NCBI GenBank assembly: GCA_025464325.1
Contig: JAODGH010000039.1
Span: 1-60,210, forward strand
Source of the DNA: Methanosarcinales archaeon
GTDB taxonomy: Archaea > Halobacteriota > Syntropharchaeia > Alkanophagales > Methanospirareceae
Direction of reading: 5' to 3'
Length of the DNA: 60,210 nucleotides
This document shows, in pieces, positions 40,081 to 49,876 of the stretch. A program made the translations under genes and the position numbers. Numbering within the stretch: position 1 is the first letter of the stretch; each line of letters opens with the position of its first letter. The notes under the pieces were generated by a model. It was given only the letters and a program-made list of their open reading frames with translations, ran no database searches and was not told the origin of the DNA.

Positions 40081-41097
40081 ATGATAAAGTACGTGACATT
40101 TTCGAGGAATGTGTTCATACCCATCACAAATGTATGCAGGAATGCGTGTGCATATTGTGGTTTTCGAGCGAGGAGCGAGAAGGATGCTTACATAACGCCG
40201 GTGGAACGTTTCATGGCGATAATAAAATCGGTGAGAGGCAGGGCAACAGAAGCACTATTTACTGCAGGTGAGAGACCCGAACTCGCAAATACTCGATTCG
40301 GTGATTGGATTCGCAGAACTACGGGCTTTTCTTCTATCGTTCCATACACGAAGGAGTTATGTAAACTGGCAATAATGGAGGGACTGCTCCCGCACTGTAA
40401 CATCGGTATCCTGAGCTATGACGAGCTGGAGGAGCTGCGACCCCTCAATGCATCGATGGGTTTGATGCTGGAGACTACGGCAGAAGTGGAAGCGCACAGA
40501 TACTCGCCGGGTAAAACGCCCGAGCTCAGGCTGGAAATGATCGCCCGTGCAGGTGAGCTCAAAATACCGTTCACCACGGGTCTGTTGATCGGTATAGGTG
40601 AGAACCCCGAGGATCGTATAAACGCACTGGAGATATTGAAATCACTGTACGATGAGTACCGGCATATCCAGGAAGTTATCATCCAGCCGTTCGTGCCCAA
40701 GCCATATACCCCGATGAGTAACGCAAAGCCGCCCGAATTCGAAGTGATGAAGGATACTGTTCGTACCGCACGGGCGATACTGCCCGATGAGGTTGCTATC
40801 CAGGTGCCGCCGAATCTCACTTCGCCCAGAGAACTGATAGAACTCGGTGCTTCTGATCTCGGTGGTATCTCTGAGATGACTATCGATTACATAAATCCAG
40901 AATCGCCATGGCCAACCGAAGCCGAGTTAAGGGAAGCGATTGCACCGTTTGTGCTGCGTGAACGTCTGCCAATATACCCCAGATTCATAAAACAAGGCTG
41001 GTATAGCAAAGAGATACGTCCCCTGATAGAGCAATACGCAGATGAGGACGGGCTGAGGAAACGCACAGAAAGCAGCACATACATAAATACCACGTGA
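40081..41097 (+). CDS. cofG: FO synthase subunit 1
   Basis: TFSRNVFIP.T..CRNACAYC, NASMGLMLE, IQVPPNL, DYINPE.PWP. Confidence 0.93.
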   Translation: MIKYVTFSRNVFIPITNVCRNACAYCGFRARSEKDAYITPVERFMAIIKSVRGRATEALFTAGERPELANTRFGDWIRRTTGFSSIVPYTKELCKLAIMEGLLPHCNIGILSYDELEELRPLNASMGLMLETTAEVEAHRYSPGKTPELRLEMIARAGELKIPFTTGLLIGIGENPEDRINALEILKSLYDEYRHIQEVIIQPFVPKPYTPMSNAKPPEFEVMKDTVRTARAILPDEVAIQVPPNLTSPRELIELGASDLGGISEMTIDYINPESPWPTEAELREAIAPFVLRERLPIYPRFIKQGWYSKEIRPLIEQYADEDGLRKRTESSTYINTT

Positions 41098-41113
41098 TTC
41101 CTTTAGTATAAAT

Positions 41114-41953
41114 ATGGATCGGCATGTACTGGAGACTATGGGCAGGGCAAGAGTGGTTGTAGAAGATGGCAGGGTGGTGGAAGTGAGCAGCCCGATGATC
41201 AGGTACTGTCCGCTCTGGGCAAAGATCCGGGGGATTGAGGAACTGAACGAGCGCGTAATTAAGGACAATGTGGAGTTCCGGATACGTGATTTCGGCATGT
41301 GCACCCCGGATAGGAAAGTGGAACTGGAAGTTTTTGTCAAGTTCGGCGCGTCTGAGACGTTGATGACCGCACTCCGTAAAGGATTGTTAGATGCTACTGT
41401 CACAGTCTGTGAGGGTGCAGGCACTGTTGTAACTTCCAATCCCGCGCTGGTACAGGGTATCGGCGCACGGCTGGGTGGTGTAATGGAGACAACACCCGTA
41501 AAAGGTATTCTGCGCAGTATAACCGAAAAGGGCGGTATAACTCTCGATCCACCGGCGATAGATCAGCCTGCGGGTCTGCAACTTGCGATTCGCAACGGGT
41601 ATAAGCGAGTTGGTGTTACCGTATGTACGGCGACAGATGCGGAGCAGTGCAGAGCTATAAGTGAGGATGCTATCATCTTCGGGGTACACCTCACGGGCAT
41701 CACGCGAACCGATGCGGAGAAGTTATGCCGGGTTGCAGACCTGGTTACTGCGTGTGCATCGCAATACATAAGGGAACAGGCAAAGGTCCGTGCGATTTTA
41801 CAGGCTGGTACCGCCATCCCTATATTCGCACTCACACCCGCGGGCAAAGAGTTACTGCTGGAACGTGCTAAAGAAATAGAAAACGGGCTACTACTGAGCG
41901 CGATGCAATTACCGGTGTTGCCATCTGAGAAACAGCCGATACCGCTTATTTAA
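41114..41953 (+). CDS. Methanogenesis marker 8-like protein (DUF2099 type)
   Basis: HVLETMG, YCPL, FRIRDFGM, FGASE, VCEGAGT, ACAS. Confidence 0.8.
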   Translation: MDRHVLETMGRARVVVEDGRVVEVSSPMIRYCPLWAKIRGIEELNERVIKDNVEFRIRDFGMCTPDRKVELEVFVKFGASETLMTALRKGLLDATVTVCEGAGTVVTSNPALVQGIGARLGGVMETTPVKGILRSITEKGGITLDPPAIDQPAGLQLAIRNGYKRVGVTVCTATDAEQCRAISEDAIIFGVHLTGITRTDAEKLCRVADLVTACASQYIREQAKVRAILQAGTAIPIFALTPAGKELLLERAKEIENGLLLSAMQLPVLPSEKQPIPLI

Positions 41954-41954
41954 A

Positions 41955-42161
41955 CTACTCCCCTACTAATGGTGTCCCGCATTTCGGGCATTTCATATTA
42001 CGGCAGGGTAGACCACGCTTCTTCGGCGCTTCATATCCGCATTGCGGACAGACGCACTTTGTAGGGGGACCGCCACCAGCCGTCTGGGGTGGACCGCCCA
42101 TACCTCTACCGCTGCCACCCATACCTCTACCGCCGCCACCTCTGCCTCTACCTGCAGCCAT
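41955..42161 (-). CDS. Small Gly/Arg-rich protein with six cysteines
   Basis: GRGMGG repeats followed by CVCPQC..GLPC....CPKC; directly downstream of the SOR gene. Confidence 0.78.
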   Translation of the reverse strand: MAAGRGRGGGGRGMGGSGRGMGGPPQTAGGGPPTKCVCPQCGYEAPKKRGLPCRNMKCPKCGTPLVGE

Positions 42162-42503
42162 TTATTCCACCTCTATACAGTTCTGCCACAGCCCGTGAAT
42201 ATTGCAGTAAGAAAGTGCACAGAACGCTTTGAAATCGGTAACTGGCACCTTGAACGTGACATCAGGACTTGTATATCCCGCAGCAAATGCACCTCTGCCG
42301 ATACAAACCACCTGCCCATCCTTTTTGATACCAAACACCTCTATCCACGATATACGATGCTCCAGGGTGTTGGGATGTGGCACGTCCTTGCCCACAACCA
42401 CACGCACGATACCTTTTGACTTATCCACTTCAAATACGGGCAGATGTTTCTCCTCACCTTCGGCTTCCGCCCCCTTTAATATCTCTCCAAGTTCCATTCT
42501 CAT
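42162..42503 (-). CDS. sor: 1Fe superoxide reductase (neelaredoxin type)
   Basis: EKHLP, HPNT.EH.ISW and CNIHG iron ligands. Confidence 0.9.
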   Translation of the reverse strand: MRMELGEILKGAEAEGEEKHLPVFEVDKSKGIVRVVVGKDVPHPNTLEHRISWIEVFGIKKDGQVVCIGRGAFAAGYTSPDVTFKVPVTDFKAFCALSYCNIHGLWQNCIEVE

Positions 42504-42534
42504 AACCTCCTTTGTATTGTACTATGTCTCTATA

Positions 42535-42810
42535 TTATAACTCTTCCACCTCGCGCTTGCCGTGTTCCAGTTCCGTCGCCTGCTCTTCATCTGCTTTTAG
42601 TAGCAACGCCTGGAATTCGCCCATATGCGTCTTCTCTTCCCGTGCTATGTCAAGAAGTACCCGCTTTATCTCCTCTCGCTCCGCCATTGCGGCAAGCTGT
42701 TCATATAAATTCACGGCGTCCAGTTCCGCAATTATACCAACCCGCAGTATCTCTTTATCCTGCTCCTCTTTATCTACCTTTTCCAGATCTATTGGTATCT
42801 CGCTCAACAT
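42535..42810 (-). CDS. Short ferritin-like protein (Flp/EncFtn-like two-helix type)
   Basis: IAELDAVNLYEQ..EEKTHMGEF; GAGGT RBS before ATG 42810. Confidence 0.85.
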   Translation of the reverse strand: MLSEIPIDLEKVDKEEQDKEILRVGIIAELDAVNLYEQLAAMAEREEIKRVLLDIAREEKTHMGEFQALLLKADEEQATELEHGKREVEEL

Positions 42811-42996
42811 TTTATACCTCAAATATATGATGGCATACGTACAAGAAAAATGAATCCCCGGGCATCATATCGCCCATTGTTAACGCGTGGCATGGAAGGT
42901 CGCAGCGGTATCGTCCAGACTTCAGGAACGGTATGAGCACCCATGTCTAAAGTCATGCTAACTTAAATTATTCTATTACCTCATAATCATTCAACG

Positions 42997-44004
42997 ATGA
43001 TAGAAGCGGGAATAATAGGCGGTGCCGGCTATACTGGTCTTGAACTGCTGCGATTACTATTGATGCATCCACAGGTGAAGGTGTCTGTGGTGACCTCACG
43101 GCGATATCGTGGCAGAAAGATAAGCGAAGTGAACCCGCACCTGGAGCGCTTCATAGAGCTCGAATACGAGGATATTGACGCACGTGAGATGGCAGACAGG
43201 AGCGATGTCGTATTTCTTGCGGTACCTCATGGTAGTGCAATGGATTATGTGCCCGATCTGTTACGGGCAGGTACACGGGTGATAGATCTCAGTGCGGATT
43301 ACCGGCTGGAAAGAACGGAATACGAGCGGGTATATCGGCGGCAACATAAGGATCACGAGCCCCGGAAGGCTGTGTATGGTCTGACGGAGCTGCATCCTGA
43401 GGTGGCAGATGCTTTCCTCGTTGCCAACCCCGGCTGTTATCCCACCGGTGCTGTACTCGCGGTTGCACCTCTATCAGACATTGCGGACCGTATTGTATTC
43501 GATGCGAAATCCGGCATATCTGGCGCAGGTGCAGAACCGTCTGTCAAATCCCACTATCCTAATCTTGCCGAGAATATCATCCCCTATGAAGTAACCGCAC
43601 ACAGGCATCTCGCAGAGATGAGGAAAGAGCTACCCGCGGTTAAGGTCAGCTTCACACCGCATGTCATACCCTCTATAAGGGGCATACTCACCACCGCACA
43701 TGTGTTCCTGAGAGAGGGTACGATGTCTGTATCCGAGCTGGAATCACTTTATCGGCAATATTATGACGGTAAGAGTTTTATCCGATTGCGTGTATCGGGA
43801 GTAATGCCTTCCCTCGGTGCTGTTCGTGGCACGAATTTCTGTGATATCGGATTCGAGGTTGAGGATGGTGGCGATCGAATAGTTATAATCTCAGCGATCG
43901 ACAATCTGGTCAAAGGAGGTTCTGGTCAGGCGGTGCAGAACATGAATCTGATGTTCGGACTGGACGAACGAGAAGGGCTGTGGCGTCCTGGTCTGATACC
44001 ATAA
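42997..44004 (+). CDS. argC: N-acetyl-gamma-glutamyl-phosphate reductase
   Basis: GAGYTG, ANPGCYPT, SGISGAG, DNLVKG. Confidence 0.96.
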   Translation: MIEAGIIGGAGYTGLELLRLLLMHPQVKVSVVTSRRYRGRKISEVNPHLERFIELEYEDIDAREMADRSDVVFLAVPHGSAMDYVPDLLRAGTRVIDLSADYRLERTEYERVYRRQHKDHEPRKAVYGLTELHPEVADAFLVANPGCYPTGAVLAVAPLSDIADRIVFDAKSGISGAGAEPSVKSHYPNLAENIIPYEVTAHRHLAEMRKELPAVKVSFTPHVIPSIRGILTTAHVFLREGTMSVSELESLYRQYYDGKSFIRLRVSGVMPSLGAVRGTNFCDIGFEVEDGGDRIVIISAIDNLVKGGSGQAVQNMNLMFGLDEREGLWRPGLIP

Positions 44005-44005
44005 G

Positions 44006-45075
44006 CTACTGACCGAAGATATCCGAAACATCATCGCCCGCAAGAACCGTTATAATCGCATCAGCGAGTGCATGGGAGTTGTCTGGCGGTACTTTAAGAC
44101 CTGCACCGTAATCTATCAGTTCTGAAATGCCACCAACATCAGACGCGACGACCGGTACTCTTGCAGCCATCGCCTCCAGTGCCACGATACCGAAAGGTTC
44201 GTAGACTGATGGCATAACCAGTACATCCGCAGCTCGTAATAAACACCTGGCAGTGTGATCATCGAGATAACCCGTAAATACTACATGCTCGGCTACACCA
44301 AGCAGAAACGTATCGCGCTCCAGTTGCATCCTCATCGGACCCTCGCCAACTATCACCAGTTTCGTATCCGGGCATTCATCTAAAACGTGTGGCATCGACC
44401 CTATCAGGACATTCACACCCTTCTGATAGACCAATCTGCCGAGGAATAGTATCATTTTTGTATCGCGGGAGCCGCAGAACCGCAGCTTCAGCGCGTCTCG
44501 GTCAACTTTCAGATGGAACTTCAGAACGTCTATACCATTTGGCACAACCGATATGTTTTATCTTCGATGCCAAATAGACCTTTTAATTCCCTTCTCATGC
44601 TCTTGCTACAGACTATCACGTGGTCTGCTGTACTCACAAGTCTATGTTCCTTCTCGTGTATGCGCATCTGATACGTTTCCTTTATACCACCGGATCTGCC
44701 AAATTCTGTGCTGTGCATGGTCGCTACAAGCGGGATCTGATAATCTCGCGCGAGATCAATTGCCGCATCACTTACCATCCAGTCATGTGCGTGTACTATG
44801 TCGATGCCATAGCTCGAAATGATAGAAGCTCCCGTCTCTTGCATAACCCTGTTCATTCTCGTTATGTAATCTGGTGTATGCAGATCGACCTCTATTCGAT
44901 GTAGATGAACCCCACCCGGCTGCTGCCTGTAGCCACTTCGCCTGCCGGGTGTGAGCACATGCACTTCATACCCCCTCGTCGCAAGTGCTCTCGAGAGTGC
45001 GTCGACGTGTTCTGCAATACCACCTATCTTATACGGAGGATATTCCCACGATAGCACCAATATCCTGGCAGCCAC
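44006..45075 (-). pseudogene. GT4 glycosyltransferase split by a frameshift near 44555
   Basis: N-half WEYPP..GG, HAHDW, TMHSTE; C-half VVPNGID, GRLVYQKG, EPFGIVALEA in a different frame. Confidence 0.85.
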
Positions 45076-45076
45076 T

Positions 45077-45274
45077 TTACTTCAATCTGACGGAAACGCC
45101 TCGTTTACTCTTTCTAAATTCTAACTTGTCCTCCCGTGCCAGCCATCCCAGACCCATATATACCATGCTCTGTGACGCGTTGACACCTGAGACCACACCA
45201 GAAATGCTCATCTCCACCTCATCGTGTAGCAGGTTCCATATCTTACCCGCGGTTATACCTATCGCTTCAAGCAT
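45077..45274 (-). CDS. Small winged-helix protein (DUF2582 type)
   Basis: IGITAGKIW..L..MGLGWLAREDK; start placed at ATG 45274. Confidence 0.82.
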   Translation of the reverse strand: MLEAIGITAGKIWNLLHDEVEMSISGVVSGVNASQSMVYMGLGWLAREDKLEFRKSKRGVSVRLK

Positions 45275-45554
45275 AACATCAGCCCCCTGATAAGAACTAA
45301 TTATCTGGTATGTGGTAAATTTTTGCATATGGTAAACAAATTGAATCTGATGGAGGGTAATATGGGTCGTGCTGACGGAAAGAACTGTAACCGATAAGGT
45401 CTATTCATGAGCTCTTATGATGAATCCCTCTTATTTGTTCATGAACCCACGCTACATTTAAGTTATTCCGGTTCATATTATGAACCAGAGTGCCTATAAG
45501 AAAGAAATGACTCAATAAGTAACCGTCATAATACAAATAAATAAGGGAAGAGCA

Positions 45555-46595
45555 ATGAAGAGTGTGGGTATCGTGTATCATGACGACTATTTGAAGCATT
45601 ATACCGGTCGCCGCCATCCTGATAAAGCCGAACGACTGAAAGCCATAATGAAACGGCTGAATGACGATGGACTGGTAGATAAACTTGAGCTGATAGCACC
45701 GGTGAAAGCATCGAGAGAACAACTTGGGTACGTTCATCAGGGCGCATACGTATCTAAGGTGGAAGTGATGAGTGCCCGTGGAGGAGGAATGCTTTATCCA
45801 GACACACCGATGTGTCGCGACAGCTTTGAGGTTGCCCGACTCGCAGCGGGTGGTGTACTTAAAGCCGTGGATACCGTAATGAACTCGGAAGTGAGAAGTA
45901 TCTTTGCAATGATACGACCACCCGGTCACCATGCTACCGCGACCAGAGGCATGGGCTTCTGCATCTTCAATAATATAGCGATTGCTGCCGAACACTTGAA
46001 ACGGGAATATAACCTCAAACGCATTTTAATTGCAGATTGGGACGTACATCATGGAAACGGTACACAGGACGCGTTCTTGTCCGACCCCACTGTACTGTAC
46101 TTCTCCACACACCAGTATCCCCATTACCCCGGTACAGGCTGGCTGGATGAGCTGGGAACCGGTCCAGGGGAAGGTTATACAGTAAACGTACCACTTCCTG
46201 CGGGTACCGATGATGCCGGATATCTGTATGTATTTAACAACATACTGCTGCCGATCGCAAGGGAATTCAAACCCGAATTTGTACTTGTATCCGCGGGCTT
46301 CGATCCGCATATTAAAGACCCGCTTGCGTCTATGAATGTCTCTTCTCGTGGTTTCGCGCTGTTCATGGCTATAATGAAAGAAATAGCATCGAACTACAGC
46401 GATAACCGGCTCGTAGCCACTCTGGAAGGTGGTTATGACCTATCTGCAACTGCTGAATCGGCTTCTTTTGCTATCCGCGCCATGCTATCACCAGATGCCG
46501 GTGTAGAGCGAGAAGTAACAACAACCGAAGAAATAGAGAACCGTGTAGAAGAGATAAAGGCTATACAGGCGAGATACTGGCACACTATATCCTGA
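45555..46595 (+). CDS. Histone deacetylase-family Zn amidohydrolase
   Basis: RPPGHHA, GFCIFNN, DWDVHHGNGTQ, SAGFD, LEGGY. Confidence 0.95.
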   Translation: MKSVGIVYHDDYLKHYTGRRHPDKAERLKAIMKRLNDDGLVDKLELIAPVKASREQLGYVHQGAYVSKVEVMSARGGGMLYPDTPMCRDSFEVARLAAGGVLKAVDTVMNSEVRSIFAMIRPPGHHATATRGMGFCIFNNIAIAAEHLKREYNLKRILIADWDVHHGNGTQDAFLSDPTVLYFSTHQYPHYPGTGWLDELGTGPGEGYTVNVPLPAGTDDAGYLYVFNNILLPIAREFKPEFVLVSAGFDPHIKDPLASMNVSSRGFALFMAIMKEIASNYSDNRLVATLEGGYDLSATAESASFAIRAMLSPDAGVEREVTTTEEIENRVEEIKAIQARYWHTIS

Positions 46596-47620
46596 TGATA
46601 GAGATAGATGGCTCATTTGGAGAGGGTGGCGGACAGATAATAAGAACCGCAATTGCCCTTGCAGCAATAACGGGTCAGAGCGTGACGATACATAAGATAA
46701 GGGCAAACAGACCAAATCCGGGTTTGGCTGCTCAGCATCTTCATGCGGTCAAAGCAGTGGAACTGTTATCCAGGGGTAGGACCAGTGGTCTTGAATTGCA
46801 TTCTCAGAACCTGACGTTTCAGCCCGGAGATTTGAAAGGTATCCATGCCGAGCTGAATATAGGTACTGCAGGTAGTATAACCCTCTTATTGCAATGTCTT
46901 ATTCCCGTTGCTCTCTTCGCGGAAGGTGAGACGGTGTTGAAAGTGGTTGGAGGAACAGACGTGAGGTGGGCTCCACCCATCGATTACTACGTGAATGTAT
47001 TTCTAAAAGCTCTGCGGGAGATGGGTTGTGATATCCGCTTAGCACTAAAACAGCGTGGATATTACCCCCGGGGTGGAGGTATAGTGGAAGTTAAAATAAA
47101 CCCCCTGGAAGGTGATTTACGTGGTTTTAAGCCCCGGGAGGATAAGACAGATGTTGTGAGAGGTGTATCTCACTCATGGGGAGTACCAATACACGTGAGT
47201 GAGAGACAGGCACGAGCTGCGACGGAAGTATTGAACGATTCGGGATATAGTACAGAGATAGATATAGATGCGGATTTGAGTAGAAATCGGTTGAAAAGCC
47301 GATCACCGGGTAGTGGTATCACGCTCTGGCTGGGTTACAAGGGCGGTAGCGCACTCGGTAAGCCGGGAAGAAAAGCAGAACAGGTGGGTGAAGAAGCCGC
47401 TCATGAGATACTTAACGAGCTTAATACCAGGGCTACTGTGGATATACACCTCGCAGACCAGCTTATACCCTATATCGCACTCGCAAAAAATGGATCTGAG
47501 CTTAAGGTTCGTGAAATGACAGAGCATCTCAAGACGAACATGTATGTGACGGAACAGTTCCTGACCGATATCCATTTTGATATCGTGAAGGATGCGGATG
47601 TGATAACGATACGGCGATAA
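46595..47620 (+). CDS. rtcA: RNA 3'-terminal phosphate cyclase
   Basis: GEGGGQ, RPNPGL..QH, GYYPRGGG, HLADQL, catalytic His in TEHLKTN. Confidence 0.95.
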   Translation: MIEIDGSFGEGGGQIIRTAIALAAITGQSVTIHKIRANRPNPGLAAQHLHAVKAVELLSRGRTSGLELHSQNLTFQPGDLKGIHAELNIGTAGSITLLLQCLIPVALFAEGETVLKVVGGTDVRWAPPIDYYVNVFLKALREMGCDIRLALKQRGYYPRGGGIVEVKINPLEGDLRGFKPREDKTDVVRGVSHSWGVPIHVSERQARAATEVLNDSGYSTEIDIDADLSRNRLKSRSPGSGITLWLGYKGGSALGKPGRKAEQVGEEAAHEILNELNTRATVDIHLADQLIPYIALAKNGSELKVREMTEHLKTNMYVTEQFLTDIHFDIVKDADVITIRR

Positions 47621-47674
47621 TCAAAACCAGACCAACCAGAAGACCCGATCCGATCAGATCAAATAAAATAAAAT

Positions 47675-48097
47675 CTAAACACCCTGCTCCTTCTCGATCA
47701 CTTCGTCCTCCTCTATCGTACCGTACTCCTGGTATATCCTTATCACGAGCGCAAGTGCAACAGCGGTTGTCGCCGCACCTACAACGATCGCTGTCAGCAT
47801 GAGCACATGCGGCAGCGGGTTGGCATATACAACTCCCTCCTCCACCACGTGACCGGAACCCCATGGCAACACCCCCTTTACTATCGGCTCCGTTACGCCG
47901 CCGCCCCAGCCTCCTATGTAAACATCACCGAGCGATATGAAGAAGAGTATGATCGCTGTTTGGAATATGTTCAACCCGATGATCTTCTTCATCAGGTTAC
48001 CCTTTGCTATCATCGCATAAAAGCCCGTAAGCATCAATACTATGGAAATCCAGTAGTTATACTTCGCAAAGACTTCTTCTACCACCCATTCAATCAT
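47675..48097 (-). CDS. mnhC: Mrp/Mnh antiporter subunit C-like
   Basis: NLMKKIIGL, NPLPHVLMLTAIVVG. Confidence 0.88.
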   Translation of the reverse strand: MIEWVVEEVFAKYNYWISIVLMLTGFYAMIAKGNLMKKIIGLNIFQTAIILFFISLGDVYIGGWGGGVTEPIVKGVLPWGSGHVVEEGVVYANPLPHVLMLTAIVVGAATTAVALALVIRIYQEYGTIEEDEVIEKEQGV

Positions 48098-48561
48098 TAC
48101 TGCTCACCTCCTTTATCCTCCTCGGGCTTCCATGCGAGATCGAAGAAAATTGATGTGAATACCGCCATAACCGTTATCGCGATTCCTACTTCTACGACAA
48201 ACGATATCATCAACCCTCTTGTCATAGCACGATCTATTAGCTCCGCTAAGGGTAGCGCGCCATAGTTGAGATAATTAGCGACGCCAAGAGATAGAATTAT
48301 GCATAGAATACCGATGCCGGCATAGAAATACAGACCCAGACTGCTAAGAGCGGTATTCCACGATTCAGGAAGCCTGCTTCGACCTTTAGTGATGCCGAAT
48401 GCCGTGACGAATAGCACAAAAGAAGCTGCAAATACCACACCACCCTGGAATCCACCACCTGCGCCCTCTGTTCCCACCATTACATACAGTGCATACATCT
48501 GTATAAACGGAATCATTAACCGGGCGATGGTATTTATGATAACGTCTGGCTTCTTCTTCAT
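48097..48561 (-). CDS. mnhB: Mrp/Mnh subunit B-like
   Basis: GAGGGFQGG; about four transmembrane segments. Confidence 0.85.
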   Translation of the reverse strand: MKKKPDVIINTIARLMIPFIQMYALYVMVGTEGAGGGFQGGVVFAASFVLFVTAFGITKGRSRLPESWNTALSSLGLYFYAGIGILCIILSLGVANYLNYGALPLAELIDRAMTRGLMISFVVEVGIAITVMAVFTSIFFDLAWKPEEDKGGEQ

Positions 48562-49091
48562 AACTTACCTCGCCTCCTCAATAAAAGTATAACGGCAACA
48601 CCCGCAGTGAATATGACAGTTGTCTCACCGAGTGTATCATAACCCCTGTAATCCGCGAGACCGGCAGTCACCATATTAGGCGTGCCTATCTCCTCTTCAC
48701 ATTTCGTCTCCCATCTCAACGGTACCGAATAGCGGTAAACCCACAGTCTATCGCCTTCTCTCTTGATGAAATAGTACTCCTGTAGCTCGGGATAGAGCCG
48801 TTCACCCGTCGGAATAAGCACATTCCAGCCGCCCCCCTCCTCTACTACTTTATATCCCCGGGGCAGTGGGAAACCCCTATCCGTTATCTTTTCCGCGAGT
48901 ATATCGGGAACCACACCATCATTCAGACCCGTCAGCACATCAGGTGTGGTATCCACACTGATAGAGAGGTTGATCCACTTATTCGCCGGCGAATTGGGAT
49001 CGCCGAACGCAGGTATGTCCTCCACCACGTAAATAAACAATGCGCCGAGCAGTATTACAAGTAACATCGCAGAAGCTGTTATGGGTTTCAT
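48558..49091 (-). CDS. MbhE/MrpA C-terminal-fragment-like subunit with a large insert
   Basis: PNMVTAGLADYRGYDTLGE motif; ATG 49091 overlaps the upstream stop. Confidence 0.8.
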   Translation of the reverse strand: MKPITASAMLLVILLGALFIYVVEDIPAFGDPNSPANKWINLSISVDTTPDVLTGLNDGVVPDILAEKITDRGFPLPRGYKVVEEGGGWNVLIPTGERLYPELQEYYFIKREGDRLWVYRYSVPLRWETKCEEEIGTPNMVTAGLADYRGYDTLGETTVIFTAGVAVILLLRRRGKL

Positions 49092-49333
49092 CTTTTTTCC
49101 TCCCTCTTCGTTCTCGCCAGTGTAGCAATCATAAAAGCAGTGGTAGCTCCTGCGCCCACCGCTGCCTCTGTAAAGCCAACATCCACCGCGTGCATCTCTA
49201 CCCACACCGTTGCAATAACAAAACTGTACGCACTCAGCAGGACAATGGCAGCTAAGAGGTCCCTCACTGTTATCGCGGCAATCGCGATAACCACGAGGAA
49301 GAACAGTGCGATCAGGTCAAGCGGTACTATCAT
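49088..49333 (-). CDS. MbhD/DUF4040-like subunit
   Basis: AVDVGFTEAAVGAG; three transmembrane segments. Confidence 0.85.
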   Translation of the reverse strand: MIVPLDLIALFFLVVIAIAAITVRDLLAAIVLLSAYSFVIATVWVEMHAVDVGFTEAAVGAGATTAFMIATLARTKREEKR

Positions 49334-49338
49334 CTCTA

Positions 49339-49872
49339 TTATTCCTCCATATACACATGTGCCACCTTATGCTGCATCGTCTTATCAACGAGTAACGCAT
49401 CAGCGGGTTTCTGCGCGATAGAATGTACTAAGAACCTGCCACGTTCAGGCTCCACATCTATCGTTATTGTACCGGGTGTGAGCGTTATGGAGTTTGCGAG
49501 CGTGGTCAGCGCGAAATTGCTCCTCAGACTCGTATCAAATTCTATTATACAAGGCTCTATCGGCATCTTCGGGTGCAACACACGGTATGCGACATCGAAG
49601 TTCGCCAGAACTATCTGCCACAGTTCCCACGGTATATACAGCAGTAACCGCCAGGTCTTGAGCAAATTCATGGTCTCGCTGTCCGCCAGCAACAGGTCAT
49701 GAGAGATGAGTGTCACTACCGCAGCACAGAATATGCCGATAGCTATGCGGATATAATCATAATGCCCGGGCTTAATACATGCGGACATCAGCACCCAGAA
49801 TACGAACATGAGAACGAACATGGCAAGCATGCCAGGTTTACTATTCCCGGTTGAGCGCCTATTTCCCGCCAT
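49339..49872 (-). CDS. mnhE: Mrp/Mnh subunit E
   Basis: ANSITLTPGT motif. Confidence 0.9.
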   Translation of the reverse strand: MAGNRRSTGNSKPGMLAMFVLMFVFWVLMSACIKPGHYDYIRIAIGIFCAAVVTLISHDLLLADSETMNLLKTWRLLLYIPWELWQIVLANFDVAYRVLHPKMPIEPCIIEFDTSLRSNFALTTLANSITLTPGTITIDVEPERGRFLVHSIAQKPADALLVDKTMQHKVAHVYMEE

Positions 49873-49876
49873 ATTA

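Noticed and set aside
1435..44560. Programmed frameshifting or stop-codon recoding (Sec/Pyl) as the cause of the split genes
   Set aside because: All three breaks change frame, so readthrough cannot join them; no correctly phased slippery heptamer was seen; TAG and TGA terminate normal genes here
45417..45470. C/D-box sRNA starting at ATGATGA (a similar start occurs near 25905)
   Set aside because: No properly spaced CTGA D'/D boxes
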